Below, piece by piece: positions 58,428 through 64,000 of a DNA stretch of 64,000 bases (position 1 is its first letter; each line of letters begins with the position of its first letter). The stretch comes from an uncultured Gammaproteobacteria bacterium. Lineage in GTDB: Bacteria; Patescibacteriota; Patescibacteriia; CAZSQN01. Below the pieces are notes generated by a model. The model did not search any database and had not been told where the DNA came from. It saw only the letters and a program-made list of their open reading frames with translations. The DNA is taken from assembly GCA_964609095.1 (NCBI GenBank), contig CAZSQN010000002.1:152066-216065 (forward strand), in the 5' to 3' direction. The position numbers were made by a program, and so were the translations under genes.

Positions 58428-59066
58428 TTATATCAACCCGTAAACAAAATTTACAAATCCTCTAAAGAGCAAACTGAATATGCCAAGCCCAAAAAAAGAA
58501 TCAAGCAAAATTATTGCCAAAAGAATCAGCGGGCCTCTTGTCTCCATCGACAGCATCATTGGCGCGTACTTTGGAGAAGAAAGAACCGCAAAAAGAAGCT
58601 TTGACCCGTCAAGAGGCGGCACGGGAATCAGATTAAAAAGCAGCAGAATGAGATTGATGGTCAAAAATAAAAATAAAAACTGGATTAAAAGATTGGAAAC
58701 GGACAAATCGGTTGTCAGCCGCAAAGTTTTTAAAACCAGCACTGAGATGCCGGCAAAAAAAAGATTTGCCGCCGGGCCGGCAAGCCCCACCAGCGCCGGT
58801 CCCCATCTTTTGACTGAAAGATTATAAGGATTAAACGGCACCGGCTTGCCCCAGCCAAAACCGACAAAAATAAGCGCCAAAAATCCAAGAAGGTCTATAT
58901 GCGCCAAAGGATTAAGAGTGAGGCGGCCGGAGTTCCTGGCCGTAGAATCGCCCAAAACAGTGCTGGCGAGCGCGTGCGAGAATTCATGAACCGTCAGCGC
59001 CGTCAAAATGGCAATGACCCAGACGACAAAACCAAGCGGACTTTCCATTAAAAGATTAAAAGGCAT
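58428..59066 (-). CDS. Site-2 protease (M50)
   Basis: HEFSH, AGPAAN, NLIPVPPLDG; start ATG 59066 at a TSD. Confidence 0.93.
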   Translation of the reverse strand: MPFNLLMESPLGFVVWVIAILTALTVHEFSHALASTVLGDSTARNSGRLTLNPLAHIDLLGFLALIFVGFGWGKPVPFNPYNLSVKRWGPALVGLAGPAANLFFAGISVLVLKTLRLTTDLSVSNLLIQFLFLFLTINLILLLFNLIPVPPLDGSKLLFAVLSSPKYAPMMLSMETRGPLILLAIILLDSFFGLGIFSLLFRGFVNFVYGLI

Positions 59067-59067
59067 A

Positions 59068-59167
59068 CCCCGCACATAAATTTGTTTAATAATTATACAG
59101 ACAGCATTATAATTTCTCTTTTTATTTTCCCGCACCCCGTTTACAATAAACAAATTTATGTGCGGGG
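59068..59167. mobile_element. CCCCGCACATAA-family element
   Basis: TIRs plus TSD CATA (59064-67, 59168-71) at the start codon. Confidence 0.85.
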
Positions 59168-59236
59168 CATAACATTGACATTATATCACAGCTTTGGTAA
59201 GCTAATCCCATAATTTATCTTGATATATCTATCCTT

Positions 59237-59413
59237 ATGGCCCGAATTTGCGAACATTGCGGCCGCCGTCCGCTTAAAGCGGTTTCCAGATCGCATTCAA
59301 ACATCGCCACCAAACGCAGGCAAATGCTTAATCTCCAGTGGAAAAGATTAGATGGTGAACGAGTGCGCATTTGCGCTAATTGCATTAAAACAATGAATCG
59401 CGTCAGAATCTAA
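59237..59413 (+). CDS. rpmB: 50S ribosomal protein L28 (58 aa, absent from the ORF track)
   Basis: MARICEHCGRRPLKAVSRSHSNIATKRRQMLNLQWKRLDGERVRICANCIKTMNRVRI. Confidence 0.93.
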   Translation: MARICEHCGRRPLKAVSRSHSNIATKRRQMLNLQWKRLDGERVRICANCIKTMNRVRI

Positions 59414-59461
59414 TCCCTCGGCCGCGGGATAAACAGCCCCTCTTTTTAAGAGGGGTTTTAG

Positions 59462-60031
59462 TTACTGCTTTTCGTCCCGAAATGATTTTTTATGCGCGGC
59501 CATTAAAAGAATGATAAGCAAAAAAGCCGTAAGCATCATCATCGGAATAGTCACATAACCAAATTCCAATGTCAGGCGCTGGGAACATGAAACGGCGTTC
59601 GCGGAACACGAAAAAAGCGAATGTCCTCCAAATTGGAGATATTGATGATAGGCGGAAAAAATCGCGCCAATGCCGGAGAGAGCGATAGAATAATTAGCAA
59701 CCCCGCTATCCTCTTTGCGCAAAGCCATTCCCAAAATAATCACTTGCGGATAAATAAAAATCCGCTGTATCCAGCACAATTTGCACGGCGCAAAACCGAC
59801 AATCTCAGAATAATATAAGCTGCCGGCAACTGACGCAAGCGCGATTAAAAAAGAAAAAAGAACGGCGTTTTTGCCCAAAAAACGAAGAGCTTCACGGCCG
59901 TCCTTAAAATAATTCGCGTCTTGCTTAAAATATAAAATTATAAAAACAACCAAAAACGCGACAATTAAAATATCTCCGGCAACAGTGAGGGAGGACAATA
60001 TCTTGGTGGTGGTTTGCGCGGCTCCGTCCAT
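59462..60031 (-). CDS. dsbB: Disulfide bond formation protein DsbB/BdbC
   Basis: GSLYYSEI..FAPCKLCWIQRIFIYP, second Cys pair, GYVTIP. Confidence 0.9.
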   Translation of the reverse strand: MDGAAQTTTKILSSLTVAGDILIVAFLVVFIILYFKQDANYFKDGREALRFLGKNAVLFSFLIALASVAGSLYYSEIVGFAPCKLCWIQRIFIYPQVIILGMALRKEDSGVANYSIALSGIGAIFSAYHQYLQFGGHSLFSCSANAVSCSQRLTLEFGYVTIPMMMLTAFLLIILLMAAHKKSFRDEKQ

Positions 60032-60037
60032 AAATCA

Positions 60038-60424
60038 TTATTTTTTCTCGGGAAGAGCGCAGCCGGTTTTCTCGCTTAATTTTTCCAAAGAAACCTCACC
60101 GCCCAATCTGCCGCCGTCGCTAAATTCCCAAGTGGGATAACCGTCTATATTTTTTTCTTTGCAAATTTCTTTTTGACCGCGGCCATCCGGAGTGGAACAT
60201 TCAACATACGGCAAAAACTTTTCCGATTTTCCAAACATCTTTTTCTGATTCTGGCAATGCGGGCACCAAAACGCGCCGTAAAAAACCGCCGATTTGTCTT
60301 TAAGACATTGGCTAAAACCATCCAATTCTCCAGGACGGCTTCCCGCGTATGCCCATAAACCGACCGCGGCGGCAAAAATAATTGCCACAGATACCCAAGT
60401 TAGAATTTTTTTATTAGAGTTCAT
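60038..60424 (-). CDS. Membrane-anchored thioredoxin-like protein
   Basis: FYGAFWCPHC, YVEC, GYPTW. Confidence 0.85.
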   Translation of the reverse strand: MNSNKKILTWVSVAIIFAAAVGLWAYAGSRPGELDGFSQCLKDKSAVFYGAFWCPHCQNQKKMFGKSEKFLPYVECSTPDGRGQKEICKEKNIDGYPTWEFSDGGRLGGEVSLEKLSEKTGCALPEKK

Positions 60425-60432
60425 AGTTAGAT

Positions 60433-60506
60433 TGGTCGGGCCGCGGGGAATCGAACCCCGGCTGCAAGACCCCCAGCCTCGCGTACTACCATTATACTAC
60501 GGCCCG
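60433..60506 (-). tRNA. tRNA-Pro(GGG)
   Basis: Acceptor CGGGCCG/CGGCCCG-A-CCA, anticodon loop CT-GGG-GG, T-loop GTTCGATTC. Confidence 0.95.
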
Positions 60507-60639
60507 ATGAGTGAGAGGAAAACAAAACATTTTTGCTTTCCCGAACGAAGATGGGCCGAATCAAGTGAAGCGCAGATACGGCCCGCAATTATAAAACTTG
60601 CTTATTTTAACAAAAAATTGCCCATTAGGCAACTGAAAT

Positions 60640-60858
60640 AGCTTCATCGCAATTAACCGACAATGGTTCTGGCTTATACCCAAGTGGGTGCCCTCATCCG
60701 CATTTCCACAGAAATACGGCGATATAAGGCGTTCCGCCCGAGGCGGAACACTCCGCGCCGCCTAATGCCTCGCCGAAGCGTTGAACATTAAGCAACAAAC
60801 GGAGCTCCCATTATATTTGGTTGTCCCAAAACCAAACACCGGAATTGCCAATGAAGCC
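60640..60858 (-). ncRNA. ssrS: Probable 6S RNA
   Basis: Closing stem GGCUUCAUUGGCAAUU/AAUUGCGAUGAAGCU; internal GGGAGC and GAGGGCACCCACUUG motifs recalled from Firmicutes-type 6S; TATAAT at 60865-70. Confidence 0.7.
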
Positions 60859-60873
60859 AATTTCATTATACCC

Positions 60874-61578
60874 CTATTCAGCCACTCTGACCATGTCCGC
60901 AAATTTTTTCATTATTGTCTCAGCTTCTGGCGAGGGCGCGAGGGTATCCGCCCACTCCGGTTGGCCGCTGTCTTTGAAACGGTATTTTAAAATTTCTTCG
61001 TAATCCTCCTTGCTTCGCTCGGGATGAAATTGTACGCCGTAAACATTAGCGCCAATCCTACATGCCTGCACGGGGCATAATCTGCTTTTGATTAAAATTT
61101 CCGCGCCGGATGGCAGAGCTTCCACTCGGTCATGATGCGCCGATTGCGCGTTAAATTTTTCCGGCAGATGGCCGAATAAAGGATCGTTTTTGGCCGCGGG
61201 CAAAAGTTTCATCTCGCGCGTTCCATATTCTTTTGACGCGTCATCGCGGATAACTTCTCCGCCGCAAACACGGGTAAGCAATTGGTGGCCGAAACAGATT
61301 CCCAAAATAGGAATATTTTTTGCCAGTGCGACTTTAATAATTTTAACAAGTTCTTCCAATTTTGGAACCATAAGTCCTGAATCATTTTTAGCCACTCCGT
61401 ATTTGCTCCCGCCGATAATCAGCGCATCAGCTGACGCGACGCCATCTTTTGTTCCATCGGCAAAAAAATCAATTGATGCCAGTTCTTCCGCAGATATTCC
61501 CAAAGAGCGCAAAAACGACTTGCGTTCAAAATCAAGTTCCTTTTTTTCTTCTCGTATTTGCAGCAAACAGATTTTCAT
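60874..61578 (-). CDS. Class I glutamine amidotransferase
   Basis: GICFGHQ, QFHPE. Confidence 0.9.
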   Translation of the reverse strand: MKICLLQIREEKKELDFERKSFLRSLGISAEELASIDFFADGTKDGVASADALIIGGSKYGVAKNDSGLMVPKLEELVKIIKVALAKNIPILGICFGHQLLTRVCGGEVIRDDASKEYGTREMKLLPAAKNDPLFGHLPEKFNAQSAHHDRVEALPSGAEILIKSRLCPVQACRIGANVYGVQFHPERSKEDYEEILKYRFKDSGQPEWADTLAPSPEAETIMKKFADMVRVAE

Positions 61579-61614
61579 CTCGTTAGAAGTTTAAGTAATA
61601 ATTATCAATTTATT

Positions 61615-61681
61615 TGTCATTCCCGCGAAAGCGGGAATCTGCGGGTTCAAATTTTGGATTCCCGCTTTCGCGGGAATGACA
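61615..61681. repeat. dRS3-like REP doublet
   Basis: TGTCATTCCCGCGAAAGCGGGAATC...GATTCCCGCTTTCGCGGGAATGACA, fourth copy. Confidence 0.85.
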
Positions 61682-61739
61682 TAAAAAACCTAAGTTCTTT
61701 CAAATCTTGATATTATTCCTTTTTTAAAAAAAAGAAAAG

Positions 61740-61773
61740 CCCCGCGCATAACTTACTTAAATTATGTGCGGGG
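61740..61773. repeat. Mini CCCCGCACATAA-family element
   Basis: ccccgcgcataa-10 nt-ttatgtgcgggg. Confidence 0.7.
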
Positions 61774-61789
61774 TTGTATTCATTTTGAA

Positions 61790-63019
61790 TTATTTTTTGG
61801 TGGCTTCAACAGCGGATTCAAACAAGAATGCCGCTTCTTCCGCTCCCTCGGCCACGCACATAAGGCCGCACTTTGGTTCGGCAAGCGACAGGCACCGCAC
61901 GTTAAAAGGCAAAATGCCGTACTGGCCGTCAAAAAGATCGGGTTCCAATTTTGCCCGAAGCTCGGCAAAATTCCGCGCGTTTTCCGGATGCAGATTCTGC
62001 ATATGCACGGCCCAGGGCTTATGGCCGCGTTCCGCTTCAATCTGCCGCGCCAGTCCGTAGGCGTAAACCGTAGCCGTAATCCGTCCGTTGCACTCAAGGC
62101 AGAAAATATTTCCCGAGCGCGTTTTCATAAAATCAAAACCGCATATTCCGCGAAAGCCGCGCTCCCGCAAGGCCTTGGCGAGCAATGAAGATTTTTCAAC
62201 CAACTGCCCGCCATCCGCCACGGAGACCTCCGGCGGAAGCCCGGAAGAAATGATGTTGCCTTGATGGACAAAGCGCTCATCAACAAGCTGGCGGGACACA
62301 ATCAGCGGCTTCTCATCATCGCTTTCAATGTTCCAAAGAACGGAAAGAGAAAGATGTTCGTAGCCGGCTTCAAGAATGAGTTCGCGCGCCTCGCCGTACT
62401 TGGAAAAATAACTTTCCACCTGCGCCTTAAGCAACCCCGGGTTATCCGTGCGCAGTTTGACCAGTCCCAGCCCGGAGGCCAGATCGGGCCTTTTCAAAAC
62501 AATAAAATCCGGCTCTGCTTCTTTTTGCAGCATCTCTACCCCCGCAAGCGCTTCCGCCCTCTTTCGGCAGAAAACATGCGCCGGGAACAAGCCGGTTAAG
62601 CCAAGCTCCATCGCCAGTTTGCGGAGCGCGGCCTTGTTGTCAGCCAAAGCGGAAATCTCCGCCGGCGCCGAAATCGTGTCCTCCCAGCCAAGCCCCAATT
62701 GCTGAAGAAACATCTCTTCCCGCGCCGTGGAATTGAAAAACTGCAATTTTCCCCCGCCCAAAACAAAACAGTGAACAGCCGAACGCAGCTCTCCGCTCTC
62801 AAGAATGCCTTGGAAAAGGTCATCTTCGGGAACCTGAACAACGATTTCCGCGCCAATACCGATGTCATTAAGAAAACGGCGGTAATCATGAACCTCTTCT
62901 CCGGCTCGCACAAAAACAACGCCGGGAAGAAGCATGGCCCTGTCGGCGTAACGCTCTTTTCCCGGAAGCGGCAATTCCGGATAATTTGGCAGATGAATTC
63001 TTAGCGCCATCTTCTTCAC
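61790..63019 (-). CDS. ATP-grasp fold protein
   Basis: DNKA, VLK..ASGLG, HQGN, GICGFDF, ECNGR; GTG start with GGAGG. Confidence 0.8.
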   Translation of the reverse strand: MKKMALRIHLPNYPELPLPGKERYADRAMLLPGVVFVRAGEEVHDYRRFLNDIGIGAEIVVQVPEDDLFQGILESGELRSAVHCFVLGGGKLQFFNSTAREEMFLQQLGLGWEDTISAPAEISALADNKAALRKLAMELGLTGLFPAHVFCRKRAEALAGVEMLQKEAEPDFIVLKRPDLASGLGLVKLRTDNPGLLKAQVESYFSKYGEARELILEAGYEHLSLSVLWNIESDDEKPLIVSRQLVDERFVHQGNIISSGLPPEVSVADGGQLVEKSSLLAKALRERGFRGICGFDFMKTRSGNIFCLECNGRITATVYAYGLARQIEAERGHKPWAVHMQNLHPENARNFAELRAKLEPDLFDGQYGILPFNVRCLSLAEPKCGLMCVAEGAEEAAFLFESAVEATKK

Positions 63020-63025
63020 GCTTCG

Positions 63026-63109
63026 CCTCCTTGTTAAAGAACGAAAAGACGCTCTGGTGGCAGAGCGCCCAATTATTTAAATTGTAATATAACTAAAAAA
63101 ATCTGTCAA
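63026..63109 (-). promoter_or_regulatory. Promoter TTGACA-17-TACAAT, hairpin, boxA-like GTTCTTTAACAA, SD GGAGG
   Basis: Promoter 63081-63109, hairpin 63048-63069, boxA-like 63031-63042. Confidence 0.65.
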
Positions 63110-63234
63110 CCCCGCACATAATTCTTGGATTAAAATACGCAAGGTTCAATCCTAATGACAAATTATTAAATAAAAACATTTCGTAAATCAACAAAAACGA
63201 AAAATCAATTTCGCGCCAAGAATTATGTGCGGGG
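63110..63234. mobile_element. CCCCGCACATAA-family element
   Basis: TIR ccccgcacataattcttgg/ccaagaattatgtgcgggg between the ndk stop and a -35 box; flanks TCAA/CTAA (imperfect TSD). Confidence 0.8.
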
Positions 63235-63729
63235 CTAAAGCGTGTGCCCTTCATGCGCAAGCTTGTAATCAGACAATTCGTCTTCGTTAAACCAAAGCCA
63301 AACCTCGCGTTCGGCGTCATTTTTATCAGCAGAAGCGTGAATCAAGTTCTCCACCACCTTGCCCTGTTCATCGGCGTGGGAAAAACTTACATGAGAAAAA
63401 TCTCCGCGGATTGTTCCGGGCGCGGCTGATTTTGGTTCGGTGGCGCCAACTATCTTGCGCACATTCTCTATGGCGTTCACGCCCTCAACCGCAAAAGCCA
63501 GCACCGGACCGCTTTTTAGAAAATCAACAAGCATTGTCCGCACGCGCTCCCCGCGGCGGACGGTGATATCTTCCGTGTAATGCTTAAGCGCGTGTTCTTC
63601 CGGCACATTCCTCATTTTCATTCCCACGATCTTCATCCCGGCGTCTTCAAAACGGGACAGGATGCGGCCCATAAGCCCGCGCTTCACGCCGTCCGGTTTT
63701 ATTAAAACTAACGTCTTTTCTAAAGCCAT
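63235..63729 (-). CDS. ndk: Nucleoside diphosphate kinase
   Basis: TLVLIKPDGVKRG, GATEP, PGTIRGD, NLIHAS. Confidence 0.97.
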   Translation of the reverse strand: MALEKTLVLIKPDGVKRGLMGRILSRFEDAGMKIVGMKMRNVPEEHALKHYTEDITVRRGERVRTMLVDFLKSGPVLAFAVEGVNAIENVRKIVGATEPKSAAPGTIRGDFSHVSFSHADEQGKVVENLIHASADKNDAEREVWLWFNEDELSDYKLAHEGHTL

Positions 63730-63754
63730 ATTTTTATTTTCTATTTACTATTTT

Positions 63755-64000
63755 CTAATTTCTACACAAGAGCCATTTTAGCACAGGGATTTTTATTTTA
63801 CAAGGCGCGCTCCTCGCGTTCTCAGGCCATACCTCCCAAGTTCTGCCGTCGCCATGCGCCGTAACAGTTCCGTCAGTATCCGTCCGATACACTGCCGCGG
63901 CGGCGCGCGAGAGCGTGCGCAAGGTGCGGAAATGCGGATGGCCGTACTTATTGCCGGCTCCGGAAGAGATGACCGCGTAGGCCGGCGAAACCTCTTTTAC
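63755..64000 (-). CDS. C-terminus of a ComEC/Rec2-type metallo-beta-lactamase-fold protein (partial)
   Basis: Manual translation: PAYAVISSGAGNKYGHPH...VYRTDTDGTV. Confidence 0.8.
   Translation of the reverse strand, partial: VKEVSPAYAVISSGAGNKYGHPHFRTLRTLSRAAAAVYRTDTDGTVTAHGDGRTWEVWPENARSAPCKIKIPVLKWLLCRN

Overview
This is a bacterial chromosomal window, most likely Patescibacteria/CPR (Parcubacteria-like). That is inferred from gene content and the surface-protein repeat type, not from a marker search. 1-18.3 kb is a glycan biosynthesis cluster: AMP-ligase/ACP/AcpS, several GT4s, a GT2, a GT-C, AsnB, WecB, UDP-GlcA decarboxylase and an epimerase, plus a malic enzyme. 18.3-33.4 kb holds four tandem O-antigen-ligase/TPR paralogues, a 1226-aa Thr-rich S-layer-like protein and an ECF sigma/anti-sigma pair. 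34-39.7 kb is housekeeping (smpB-tmRNA, infC-rpmI-rplT). 39.9-44.7 kb is accessory genes. 44.8-50.9 kb is a complete Asp-to-Thr operon with a Thr-rich attenuator leader. After it come an extra sigma70, a 2.3-kb island flanked by an exact 134-bp direct repeat (Ham1-like protein plus a kinase/Mom-like fusion), metallopeptidases, rpmB, dsbB/trx, tRNA-Pro(GGG), a probable 6S RNA, a GATase/ATP-grasp pair, ndk and a partial comEC. Main leads: (i) the kinase-Mom/Ham1 island; (ii) a MITE-like family (TIR CCCCGCACATAA, 4-bp TSD) inserted exactly at start/stop codons; (iii) boxA-like motifs in accessory-gene leaders; (iv) a promoter-driven hairpin sRNA with an anti-Shine-Dalgarno loop; (v) the attenuated thr operon in a lineage that usually lacks amino-acid synthesis. 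All calls come from motif reading by eye; no database search was run.
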